Source of the DNA: Camelus ferus
Lineage: Eukaryota
Direction: 5' to 3'
DNA length: 64,000 nt
NCBI RefSeq assembly: GCF_009834535.1
Contig: NC_045696.1
Span: 68,636,001 to 68,700,000 of the forward strand
The notes below the pieces were generated by a model. That model had not been told where the DNA came from. It was given only the letters and a program-made list of their open reading frames with translations, and did not search any database. Below are positions 13,537-25,780 of this stretch, in pieces; the first letter of the stretch is position 1, and each line of letters begins with the position of its first letter. A program made the translations under genes and the position numbers.

Positions 13537-15089
13537 GATCCAAATTGGAAAAGAAGTAAAAGTGTCACTATATGCAGATGACATGTTACTATATATAGAA
13601 AACCCTAAAAGGTTCACACAAAAACTGCTAGAAATAATCAGAGAATTCAGCAAGGTAGCAGGTTACAAGATTAAGGTACAAAAATCAGTTGCATTTCTTT
13701 ACACTAACGATGAATCAACAGGAAAACAAAGTAAAGAAACAATCCCCTTTAAAATAGCACCCAAAGTAATAAAATACCTAGGAATAAATTTAACCAAGGA
13801 GGTGAAAGACTTATACACAGAGAACTATAAAACATTGATTAAGGAAATTAAAGAAGACTTTAAAAAAAAATGGAAAGATATCCCATGCTCCTGGATTGGA
13901 AGAATCAATATTGTTAAAATGGTCATACTGCCCAAGGAAATCTACAGATTTAATGCAATCCCTATCAAATTATCCAGGACATATTTCACAGAACTAGAAC
14001 AAATCATGATAAAATTTATATGGAACCACAAAAGACCTAGAATTGCGAAAACATTACTGAAGAAAAAGAAAGAGGCTGTAGGAATAACTCTCCAAGACTT
14101 GAGACAATACTGTAGAGCTACAGTCATCAAGACAGCCTGGTATTGGTACAAAAACAGACATATAGGCCAATGGAACAGAATAGAGAGCCCAGAAATGAAC
14201 CCACAAACTTTTGGTCAACTAATCTTCAACAAAGGAGGCAAGAATATACAGTAGAATAAAGACAGTCTCTTCAGCAAATGGTGTTGGGAAAACTGGACAG
14301 CAGCATGTAAAGCAATGAAGCTAGAACACTCCCTTACACCATACACAAAAATAAACTCCAAATGGATCAAAGACTTAAACATAAAACAAGATACAATAAA
14401 CCTCCTAGAAGAAAATATAGGCAAAACATTATCTCACATTCATCTCAGAAATGTTCTCCTAGGGCAGTCTACCCAAGCAATAGAAATAAAAGCAAGAATA
14501 AACAAATGGGATGTAATTAAACTTACAAGCTTCTGCACAGCAAAGGAAATCATAAGTAAAACAAAATGACAACCTACGGAATGGGAGAAAATTTTTGCAA
14601 ATGGTGAAACCGACAAAGGCTTGATCTCCAGAATATATAAGCAGCTCATATGACTTAATAAGAAAGAAACAAACAACCCAATCCAAAAATGGGCAGGAGA
14701 CCTAAACAAGCAATTCTCCGAGGAAGAAATACAAATGATCAATAGGCACATGAAAAAATGCTTAATATCACTGATTATCAGAGAAATGCAAATCAAAACT
14801 ACGATGAGGTATAACCTCACACCAGCCAGAGTGGCCATCATTCAAAAGTCCACAAATGACAAATGCTGGAGAGGCTGTGGAGAAGAGGGGACCCTCCTAC
14901 ACTGCTGGTGGGAATGCAGTTTGGTGCAGCCACTGTGGAAAACAGTGTGGAGATTCCTCAAAAGACTAGGAATAGACTTACCATATGACCCAGTAATCCT
15001 GCTCCTGAGCATATATCCAGAAGTGTCAAAAAGACACTTGCACCCCAATGTTCATAGCAGCACTATTTACAATAGCCAAGACATGGAAA
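13534..15089 (+). mobile_element. Same LINE-1 insertion, inverted 5' segment (ORF2 RT to C-terminal region, disrupted)
   Basis: ORFs 13562-14254 ([17 protein letters not shown] motif), 14315-14569 and 14735-15118 (LLHCWWEC) are L1 ORF2 pieces separated by stops/frameshifts. Confidence 0.92.
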
Positions 15090-15127
15090 AAGTTAAAATG
15101 TTCACATATTTGTTTTGATGAGTCAGG

Positions 15128-15336
15128 CAGTGGCATGCCAGTGCTGGCTCTTTCTGTATCACAGGAACCTATCGTTAAATTTCCATGGTTTTTTTTAAAG
15201 CTGGTTGTTAAACCACTGGTAGTTTGAAATCAGACATGATGGAAGTATCCACATCATGAAAATCAGAAAATGTTGCAAGTCAGGGCTCTGCATCTATTCC
15301 CTCTCCCTCTGGGAAATGGTTTACAGAGCACCACTG
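15128..15336. mobile_element. MER63-like hAT-Blackjack element
   Basis: TIR-like ends cagtggcatgc...gcaccactg; internal ggttgttaaac and tgaaatcagacatgatggaagtatccacatcatgaaaatc. Confidence 0.65.
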
Positions 15337-15524
15337 CCCTTTAATTCAACATTTCAGTACTGTTCTATCAGCATCCTCCTTCTCTCAAATCTAGCTCTGT
15401 TCCAGCATTTCTTTTCGCAATAGTGAGGGGAACCACCGCCTATCAAGTTGCTCCCATTGAAACATTAGAGACGACCTTGATAACATTCTCCCTCATTTCT
15501 TCATCTCTACCCATTTCTCTGACT

Positions 15525-17150
15525 TAATTTTTTTCAGTTGAATTCTATTGAGATATAATTTTCATGTAATAAAAAACATAGCCATTTTAACTGTATGGTT
15601 TGATGAGTTTTTACAGTGGCATATACATTTGAAATATTACCCTGATTAAGAAATAGACTGTATCCACCACCAAGTAAGTTTCTTCACCCTTCTTTATCGT
15701 CAGTCACCTTCATAACTGCCCTCATGTAACCACTGATCTACTTTCTACAATATTGATTAGTTTTACATATTCTAAATTTTTATAAAAATGGGATTTACAA
15801 ATACCTTCTTTTGTGTCTGACTCCTTTTACTCGGTGTAATATTTTCTTTTTAGATTAATTGATGTTGTTGCATCCATCTTCAATTTATTTCAATTTATTT
15901 CTTTTTATTTCTGAGTAGTTTTCCACCATGTGTATATACCAGAATTTGTTTATTACTTTCTCCTGCTAATGCATATCCTGATTCTTACCAGTTTTTATTT
16001 ACTATAAACAAATATTCTTTAAATATTTGTGTACATTTTTGTGCCACATGTTTAACCATTTTTATGGATATATGTTTTTATTTCTCTTGAAATTGCAGGT
16101 ACAAGGCTCTGCGAGGCAGGCAGGATCCAAATAGTGCTGCTGGTGTTTTCTTTTAATGTCTTTGTCTAGTGGCAGGGCAGTATATTATTGCCTTCCCTAT
16201 TTTCTGCAATGTATTATGTAGAATTGTTATTCTTTCTTCCTTAGATGTTTGAAAGAATTCACCAGAGAAGTCACCTGAGCTGAGATTTTTCTTCTTGGAA
16301 TTTTTTGGTAAGAAATCCAATTGTTTCTGTAGATATGGGTCTATTTAGAATTTCTCTTTCCTCTTTAGGTCAGTTTTGGTTGTTTGTTGTTTTTCAAAGG
16401 ACTCTTCCATTTCATATCAGATGTTGAATTTGTTGACAAAAAGGTGTTCATAATAGTTCTTACTATTCTTTTTAGTAACTGTAGACTCTGTAATAATGCC
16501 CCTTCTCTCATTCTTGATAATAATTTGTGTCTTCTCCCTTGTTTCTTTGATGAGTTTAGATAGGAGTTATTAGTTTCATTGAAATGTTGGTCACAGGTGT
16601 TCGAAATGGTGACACATCAAGTGGCACCTCTGCAGCCAGTACATACTCCACTGAGCAGACCTCTTTTGTGAGTTACTCCCATCCGTGGGCTTCTACCTGT
16701 AGCCCATGGTGAGACATTTAAAAAATCAGCTTTTGGTTTATTGATTTTCTCCATTATTTGTACATTCTCTATTTGGTTGATTTTTGCTTTTATTTCTATT
16801 ATTTCACTCTTTCACTTACATTGGATTTCATTGTCTCATCTTTTTGTAGCTTTTAAATATGAAAGTTTAAATCATTGATTTGATTTGATTATTTTCTAAT
16901 ATAACCATTTAAAGTTATACATCTTCCCTTAGCATTGCTTTAACTGCATCTCATAAGTTTTGATATGTTGTGTTTCTATTTTCATTCAGTTCAAAATATT
17001 TTTTAATTCCCCTTGGGATTTCCTTTTTTACCCAAGAGTTACTTAAAATGAAGTTTTTTATTTTTCAGATTCTTTCTATTTTTAATTCTAATTTAATTCT
17101 ATACAGAGAATATACTCTTTCATCTTTAAAAACTTACTGATTTTAATCAC
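15525..17150 (-). mobile_element. Old L1M fragments
   Basis: attgagatataattttcatgtaataaaa... (reversed L1 3' end) followed by T-rich antisense ORF2-like sequence. Confidence 0.65.
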
Positions 17151-20100
17151 TTGAAGGACTCATCTGTTTATTTTCCTACTCCCAGTGATTGTGATCTCGT
17201 GATGTCTGTCGTTGAATCTATGAAAGTGGGTTTTCTTCATATATTTGTCGCAGTTTTCTCCTTGTTTACAGTGATAGTGCAAGTCCTGCATCTGTTGCTT
17301 TATCATGACCTAAAGCCTCCCTGACTTACTGAGTCAGGTTCATGATGATTAACCTGCTTTACTCTTCTCTGTTGTCCTTCAGGTCTCAACATTTCCTCTT
17401 AGAAGTCTCCCCCAACTGCTCTCCTCCACTGCAAACTTGCCTAGAACCCTCCTTTGTGTTTTTTTTTTTTTCCCAGAGTGCACAATGCTTACTCCTTATG
17501 TAGTACATATCCCACTCTATTTTATTTGCCTGTTATTTTTTTACTTACTTCCCATAAAGAACATATATTTTATATACGAGTTTGAACCATATGACATTTC
17601 TGCTATTTGCCCATTTTTTGACCCATGAAACTTGCAATTTCCCCCAGCTCAAAGTAAGATGTATTAAAAACGTTATTTATACATGCATAGAGAGGTTGTG
17701 GGGATCCAAAAAAGCCCTGGTCTCTTGTGAAATGTTATTAATTGGAGAGTCTTCATTTATAATAATCCTTTCCCAGAACTTTTGAAAGTGGCCCTCCCAC
17801 ATTCTCGAATTCTTGTTATACGGCTGATGTGGGCATCAAATGAGATAATGTATGTAGAACGATTCAAAAAGTGTCTGGCACAAGAAGAGTGCTCTGTGAA
17901 GTTTAGTCATGCTGCTATTTAGGTGGTTATTGTGTTGGTTCAGCTTTGTCTTTGCTAGATGCCAGGCAGAGCCCTCAGACCGTTGCTCACTCCGTAATGT
18001 CCCTGCCTTGTTTCTCAGCCTTTTCTCTAGCTCCCTGCTTTGAGTTAACCCCCCAGGAAAGGGAGCCCCTTTCTTCATGATAGTGATTAGGTGCCCTGGG
18101 TTTCAAGTTGATTGGGAAAATCCTTGCACTTGATCCCTTCAGCTCTCCCAGAAGCTACTCAGGTTCCTATAATCAGCTTCTTGAACTTGACCAGCTTCTC
18201 TCAGTACTGGGGTGCAGAGAGTGGGCTCCACCTCAAGCACATTCAGTAGCCCTTTCAGAGTTTTTTGTTTGTTTATCTCTTCAGCAGTGTTTGGCTTTCT
18301 TGGCGAGAATTTCTTAACTACACTCTGGTCAAGGATGTGTTAGAAATGAGATGTTACCAGTGGCAGGAAACCCTATCCCAGGGACCTGGGGTTTCTATAA
18401 CTGCCCCTGTCAGAAGCTCCCAGGAGACTGAATGTAGAAGTGGCATCATTCCTCTCCTTCACCCCCAGTTTAACCAAGGCAAAGAAGGCCCTTGTCTAGA
18501 AATCTTAAAATCTGGCTCTTGCCATCATTCACTTGCTGAGTGACGTGGCCAAGTCCTATTCCCTCTTTAGACCCCAGTTCTCCCATCTGTACAAGGCCCT
18601 CTTAGTTCTCAGGTTCTGTGACCTGCCTGTTCTTTTGAAATGAATTTCAGGCATTCTTATACAGAATAAATTGGAGGAATCCTTTATTTCTGAACTACTC
18701 TTTTCTTGGACAAGCTGGTAGTTTATTAGCTGAAGCTTTTGACCCATCTTAAGTAGAGGCTTAATTTATTATCTAGGAAAGAGCCTTGTGCTCTTAGCTT
18801 TAAGGAAGGAAATGGATCTCAATACCTGAGGGACTTACCTTTGCATCCTTTCCCAATCGTGTGAGTGAATATGTCAGCTCCCACTTTGAAGGTACCATTT
18901 CTCAAATAATAACATGGGGGATAATGATTCTTGGCCACCTACCCATATCAGAATGTTGTCACTATGCATTACTTAAAAGGCACTCCAGCACAGCACTTCT
19001 TTTGGGATAACTAAAGTGGAAAATGGCAGTAATCACAGGAGCATGCACTTCTGCGGGCTGCATTAGCCATGGTCCCTTGGAGGGAGTCAGCTGCTTAGCT
19101 GATAGGAAAATTGTAGGCGTGTGGGCTCAGGTTCTGTGAGGAGCAATTACAGCCCAGAATACAGAGCAATTGTGGGAGGAAGTTGACAGCTGTAATTGAA
19201 GAGCCTAATATGATAAGTCAATGGAATGAAAAGGAGAGAAATGAGTGAAATTCACAACAGTGGGATAGCAATGAAAGCCTTGTGTTTAATCATTTTTGTG
19301 TCCTGTTTCTCTGTCTAAAAAGAAGGACTCTATAGAAAGCAGGCCAGGATTGAATCCTGATCTTGCCATTTACTAATAGTACCATCTTGGGCAAATCGCC
19401 CTCTCTTAGGCTTAGTTCCTTCCTCTGTGGAAACTAGGATGGTAATGTTTTGCAAAATCGTTTCAAGGAGTAAATGAATTGTATATGTAAAGCTGCTGCT
19501 GATAACCCTTCAAGACAGCAAAAATATTTTCTGAGTTCTCATTGTGTGCTAGGCACTGTACTAGCCATAGAGGAGATACACATAGAAATGAGACAATTCC
19601 TGATCTTTCAGAGAATAGAAACTACTGGATGAGTTAGACACATATATACAACTACTCAAGATCAAATGGTAAATTACTGATTTACCCTAAAAGAATCCAA
19701 TTCATTTCAAAATATTTCAGGCAGTTTAAAAATCTGTCTGATTCACTTTTATTATTGAAAAAGATCATTTCCATAGTTAAGTTAAAGTGGATTTATCTGC
19801 ATATTTCTCTCCTATCAAAATCATCATAAGTGAATTGATTCTTTAATAACAACTGCCACAGCCACAAACCACTCACTGTATTTGTAATGCCTTTCAAAAT
19901 TCTGAGGATCTGCAGAAATCCCTTTTTTAAAATTTGGTAATTAAATTGAATTGTTAGGTAAAACCAATGTTTTAAATTGTATCATAACACAAACACAAGT
20001 CATCTAAAATGAAGTTTGGCTTCAAGAAAATTTAAGATCTGATTTAAACATCCAAGGAACGTGACCTTAGGGCCCCACCTGGCTGGACCTAGGTCACTTA

Positions 20101-21154
20101 AAAAACCTAAGACTTTGGGCAGAAGGTAAGCTTTTTCAAGTTAAGTGTGGCCGTTGAATTCCTAGCCAGAGATAAATTCTTTCTAAGACCCTGATGTAGT
20201 CCATGGTGGTCTCAGCCTACTCTTTGACCTCCCGGTTCCCCCAAGAGTTATTATGAAGACCAGCTTCTTCATGCCCAATTTCCCTCATCCTTACCTTTGC
20301 ATTGTGCTAGTCTCTTCTGCCTTAGGCTGCACTGATTGCCACAGCCATTCCAAGCCAAACCCAACTAGTTCAGTAGGCTCATGTCTTTGTGAAAGTAGTG
20401 GAGTATGAGGCCAAGGTAGAGATACCAAAGGAAAGTTGTCCCAGATGTGAAGAAAAAATATGTATATTACCTGTGAGGTCTTGGAAAAGAAGTCAGCTTG
20501 GAGGAGGTGGAGTTTGAGCAGACCTTTGAAGAAATGTTTTGATTTCAGAAGATGTAAATGACAAGGACGAGACAAGGTTCTCCAGTCATTTCCCTGGGCT
20601 CTCAGCCTTGGGTGCAGTGAGACCCTCTTCCCTAGTCCTTTCTAAATGGCAGTAGTTCTACTCTTGTTTTACTCTCCAAGGAATTCTATGCTTTCTACCA
20701 CCTAGGGAGAGGGCTTTGGCTCTTTCTTTGCTTTTAAAGGGGAGTAGGATGCAGAACAGGTGGCCACCATTGGATGAGGGGGACCAGTGGCTGACCCACT
20801 ACTTCAAAGTTCATATCTTTCCTGTGACACTCACTCCATATCTTTTCAGTGTCTGAAAGTTCTCTGCTAGAGAGATGTTTCTTTGCATTTAAAAGCCTTT
20901 CTGTATTCTACAGAACACATAACTGATGTTCAAAAATATTTAGAGAATAAATATATGGCTAAATACCTCATAGAAGAGTGTAACTTAAACCTTGCCAGCT
21001 ACTACTTCATTGACATTAACTTTACAAATAACTGAAAATAAGGTCAATGTGGGAATTAAAAAAAAAACAACTATGGGTAGTACATTTTTCAGAGTAGATT
21101 ATGGTTTCAAAAAACTTCCACATCCATTATTTTATTTGATTGACATGACAACCC

Positions 21155-21641
21155 TATATGTATTAGGTTTTGCTACCTAAGAAACCACCCAGAATCTTAG
21201 TGGTTTAAAAACACAATCATTTATTCTCACAGAGCAGGGCTCAGTTGGGTGGCCCTGCTCACCTAAGCTGGGCTTGCTCATCGGTCTAGAGGTTGACTGG
21301 GGGTCAGTGGACATAGAATGGCTCAGCTGGGACAGGTTGACTCTGCTCCACTTTGTGGGACCAGTGAGCCAGCTTGGGCATGATGTGCTCATGGTGTTGG
21401 GGGAAGCTCATGAAAATGAGTAGAAGCACACAAAGCCTCTTGAGAGCTGATGCTCAGAACTGACATCCTGCCACTTCTTTTTCTTATTTTTTTGACCTAA
21501 GTAAGTTATATGGCTGAACTCAGAGTCATGGGGTGGGGAAACATCCTCTTCCCCTTTTGAGGGGGAAACTACAAAACTATGACAAAGGGCATAGATAGGG
21601 GATGGATAAAAAAATCGGGGACCCTAGTGCAATCTATCACA
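21155..21641 (-). mobile_element. MaLR solo LTR (older MLT1 subfamily)
   Basis: MLT1-type ends (...cttagtggtttaaaaacacaatcatttattctcac...; gcaatctatcaca), with 5-bp TSD AACCC (21150-21154 and 21642-21646). Confidence 0.75.
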
Positions 21642-21785
21642 AACCCTACAAAGTAAAAGGGCAAGTGTTACTATCTTTATGCTCATTCTGTGTGCAGAGA
21701 ACATGTTTCAGAAGTGCAGTGATTTTTTTTTTAATGGCGTAGAACTAGGTCTTTGGACACCAAATGCCTTTCACTTCTACTGCAC

Positions 21786-22311
21786 TGTAGAATAGTTGCC
21801 TGGGAACCTACATGGAGTTAGATGGAGGGAACTCTGGGAGCAGACTGGCCCTTGAGAGACTGAATATGCAGATGGTCAGTGGGCTGACCACATGGAAAAA
21901 TAGAACTCTGACCCACAACCTCGGCAACAACCAGCCTGGGAAACCAAACCACATCCTCTGCAGCAATTGGACCCAGAGTGGTCAGGACCTGGTCAAAAAT
22001 TGCCAGTTTCCCTAATTTTCCCCACTCTCTCCCTGCTTCCAACTTAGGACCAATCAGAGAAAACCAAATATGCTCCCCTAAACAGTCACATAGAATGCCC
22101 CTCTTCTGATTAGCCCTCCTTCAGCTTCTCCATGCCAATGAACTCTAATCAGGGAATACCTGAAGCCTCCCCTTTTTTCCACTATAAAGTTTTTACATTC
22201 TCGTCTCTGTTTTTGAGTTTTTGCCGGCACATGATGATGATAGCTGACTCTTCTGCTAATGAATAAACAGCCTTCATTTGTCCTCATTTGGGTAGTATTT
22301 TTTTATTTTCA
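21786..22311 (+). mobile_element. ERV solo LTR (family uncertain)
   Basis: CCAAT box (gaccaatcag), TATA-like ctataaag at about 22182, AATAAA at about 22262 and a CA end, in LTR order; 5' boundary approximate. Confidence 0.55.
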
Positions 22312-22594
22312 AACTGCCTCCTAGAGGTTGAAGCAGGAGACTTTTGGGTCCTGTCTGTAAGGTCAGGAGGATAAAGATTCTTTGGATTCAAAATAATCAC
22401 TTTAGATTCCTTCAGCCTTTCTGGGCAAACTTCTTGACTCTGAGGAACGTCATAGGAAGTGTTTGAGGTCTATGTTGAATAATGTGGCTATGTTCTTGTA
22501 TCCTTTTCCTGCAATGAACCATCGATTTTAAGTATTGTCATTTGAGTTCCTATGAGTCTTAAGCAATCAAACATTGACTAAATGCCACCATTAA

Positions 22595-23047
22595 TGCAAT
22601 CCAAAATTGGAACCAATTCATATGTTCATCAACTGGTAAATGTATTTTTAAAAATGTGATATATCCATACAATGGAATACTTTATGGCAATTAAAAGGAA
22701 CAAACTACTGATGAATGCTAAATGAAAGAAGCCAAACACAACACACCATATATCACATACTTCCATTTATATGACACTTTTAGAATAGGCAAACTTGTAG
22801 AGACAGACTGCAGATCAGTGGTTGCTAGGGGCTAGCTGTTGGAATGGGGATTGACCACAATCTGGCATGAGGGACTTTTTTAGGAAATGTTCGTCTGGAA
22901 CATTTAAAACATTTGGAAATGTTCTAAAATGGATTATGGTGGTGGTTGCACAACTGTGTAAATTTACTAAAAATCACTTAACTGCATACTTATAATGGGT
23001 AACGTTTATGGTGTGTGTTTTATACCTCAATAAATCTGTTTAAAAAG
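22595..23047 (+). mobile_element. Old L1 (L1ME/MB-type) 3' end
   Basis: tatatccatacaatggaatac...agatcagtggttgctagggg...tatacctcaataaatctgtttaaaaa. Confidence 0.75.
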
Positions 23048-23441
23048 AAAGCAAAATGCCTTGGAAGAGAATAAAAACGTATCATGGATGAAAAAGAAAT
23101 GCTGTCAGATGAATTGCCAAGGAACCAATGTTTGGCACAAAATTAGTTTGCTCTGATTTGTGGAAGCTGGGTACTGAAAACTCCCTCTTTAATATAGTTC
23201 TTCTAGGGCTGGGACTGTGACTTTCTCAGGAGCCTCTTACTTGACTCCTGTCTCTTTGCCAGCTTTCAGCACACAGAATGTCAATTTTGGCAGACTCAGG
23301 TTTGAACTCTGGCTCTGTCATTTATCATCAGTATAACATCATGGGGCAAATAATTTGTCTTCTTTAAGCTTTAATTCTGTACACATAAATCGGGACTAAT
23401 AATTCATATCTCCTTGGTCAGTGATGAGGATTATATGAGGC

Positions 23442-24003
23442 TGTTTCAATTATCAATTGATGCATAACAAATTACCCCAAACTTAATGGATAAAAACAAC
23501 CATTATATTATGTCTAATGACCCTGTGGGTCAGAAATTCCAGAAGGTCTTATTTGGGTAGTCTGTGTCTGATCCACATGGTATCAGCAGGGCAACTGGGA
23601 CTGGAGGATCTACATTCAAGTGGCTTCTTCACTCCCAAGTCTGGTACCCCCATAATCCTTGTTTTCTCTTTCCACATGCCATCTTATCTGTAGGGACCTC
23701 TCCATGAGGTTTAAGCTTCTCACAACATAATGTTCTCAGGTAGTTGCTCTTCTTACATGTTGGCTGGCCTTCACAGGCAGGACATCAAAGCTGCCAAGCG
23801 AGTTGAGGCCCTACCTGGTATGGCACAGCATCACTCCCACTCTATGTTATTGGTCAAACAGACACGTGGCCCACCCACTCAGACACAAGTAGGCACCATC
23901 TCTCGGTGTCAGTGGAATAAGAAGGTCACATTTTTATCAGAACATGTGGGTTGGGAAACACCCACATATTTATGGACTTATTTGGAAAATACAATCTACC
24001 ACA
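23442..24003 (-). mobile_element. MaLR solo LTR (MLT1F/H-like) inserted in a MIR
   Basis: tgcataacaaattaccccaaacttaatgg...ggaaaatacaatctaccaca; flanks gaggc/gagtc. Confidence 0.72.
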
Positions 24004-24022
24004 GAGTCAGTGACCACATAGT

Positions 24023-24225
24023 GCAGACATTGGCACTTTTACTGTAGGGGCCAAATAGTAAATATTTTAGACTTTACAAACCATGTGGTCTGTCATGATT
24101 ACTCAACTCTGCTGTGCAACTCTGCTGTGCAAAGATAGTCATAGATAATACCTAAGTGAAGAGTTGTAGCTGTTTTCTAATTAACATTTATTTACAAATC
24201 AGAAGGCCATCATTTGTGACCTTGG
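24023..24225. mobile_element. MER58A-like (hAT-Charlie)
   Basis: ctgtaggggccaaatagtaaatattttagacttt...actcaactctgc...tttatttacaaa. Confidence 0.7.
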
Positions 24226-24479
24226 ATGTAATGCATGATATGCAGTAAGTGCTCAGTAATAGTATAAACTATTATTGACATTGTTATTACAAGGCTTTGG
24301 AAGTCACCCAATTTGCTTCTATTTACAAATGTAACCTGACTTAGCCAACATTCACAGTTTGGTGCTGCTGACTCCCTAGATGCTCCCTCTTTTCACTTTG
24401 CTCTGTAACTTGCACCTACACTTTAGTCAGTACCACCCATCAACCTCTCCCACTCTTACTGCTAGAGGACTGGAGGTTT

Positions 24480-25780
24480 GGTAGGGCCTGAAGCCTGTAA
24501 AATATAGTCAGGCCCTCTTTAAACAAAAGAAAACAAAATTAGGAGAGAAAGTATTTATTTAGAATGAAAAAAGAAATCATAACAAATAACAAATTTTAAA
24601 ATAACAGAAACCACAAAATCCAGAAAAATGACATAACCTGATATCTCTATAATACTTTTCCTTAAAATTTGATCAGATTTTTACTTGATTTTGTTATATC
24701 ATTTACCTTGAGAGAATTGAAAGATAATATAGTTTCCTCCTAATAACATGGTTAATCAAATTTTTCAAAAATTACTGATAGTTTATGGTGTTCCTTTCTG
24801 CTTTATAATCTTTTATTAATAACACCATGAAGAATTTTAGAATTGTTGTCAAATAAGAGAAAACTTTTATCGAGTTTCTTTCCTGTAGGAGCAGGAAGTT
24901 TTCAGGGCATTTCAGGTTTCTTTATACAGTGACTCATCTTAAATGCTCTGCGTCAAGCCACTCATTAATGAGTTTGTAGCTGATGTCCTTGTTGTAGTGT
25001 GTATCAGCAGTTTTATATTATCTTTCATTGATATTATCATTCCAGGTAAAGTCTACAGAATATTTTAAAATTTCCCAATGTGTTTATACGATTCACTTTA
25101 CTTTGTTAATTGGATTGGCAAACAATACAAGAGCCTATTCACTAGTTTGATTGGAAAGTTATCTCTTCCTCTTAATGAATTACTTCCCTTGGTAATTTTT
25201 GTTTTTGTTACAATTTGCTTCCCAATATCAGAAAATTTCTGTCAGTTTCCTTACTCGTCTTAATCACTGTTGATCTGTGTTCCATTAATTTTTTAAAGTC
25301 CCTGAATTTTTATTATGAAAACTTCCAAACAATCAAAAAAAGTTGAAAAAATAGTATGATAAACATCTACTAATTTTTATCTGAATTTTCCTTCAATTCT
25401 TCAATAAATAACTTTTTAAAGGATAAAACAAGGAATCCTTCATGTATATTCAAATGCATAGTCAGTAAATTCTCACTCAATTTACTGAAATGTTCTAATT
25501 TTTTTTTCAGATTGCAATTAAAGTAGTGTATTTAAATGTTACCAATTCTCTGCATAAAAATTCAGAGATGTGAAATACATTGATGTGGTCCATTCAATAC
25601 AGGCTAAATGTATCTCCAATTCACCTTCCTCATAGCTGGACTTCCAAAAAGCCTACAGCCTATCTGATGCCATCTGATAAACTAATAAACTCGAGATGAA
25701 GGCAGATTCAGAGTGGGGAAAGATTGTGCTCTTAACTCTGTGTAATTAAGATACTTTAATTAGAAAATTTGTTGAGAATA
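24480..25780. mobile_element. Zaphod/MER115-like hAT-Tip100 remnant
   Basis: agggcctgaagcctgtaaaat...ggccctctttaaacaaaagaaaacaaaatt terminus followed by AT-rich degenerate internal sequence. Confidence 0.55.

Noticed and set aside
13562..14254. 230-aa reverse transcriptase ORF as an active or domesticated gene
   Set aside because: Truncated L1 ORF2 fragment inside an inverted insertion, followed by stops and frameshifts.
18900..19300. Repeat-free stretch with E-box/GATA/TEAD-like words (similar stretches at about 7200-7500 and 48030-48500)
   Set aside because: Could be conserved enhancers, but short motifs without conservation data are not enough support.
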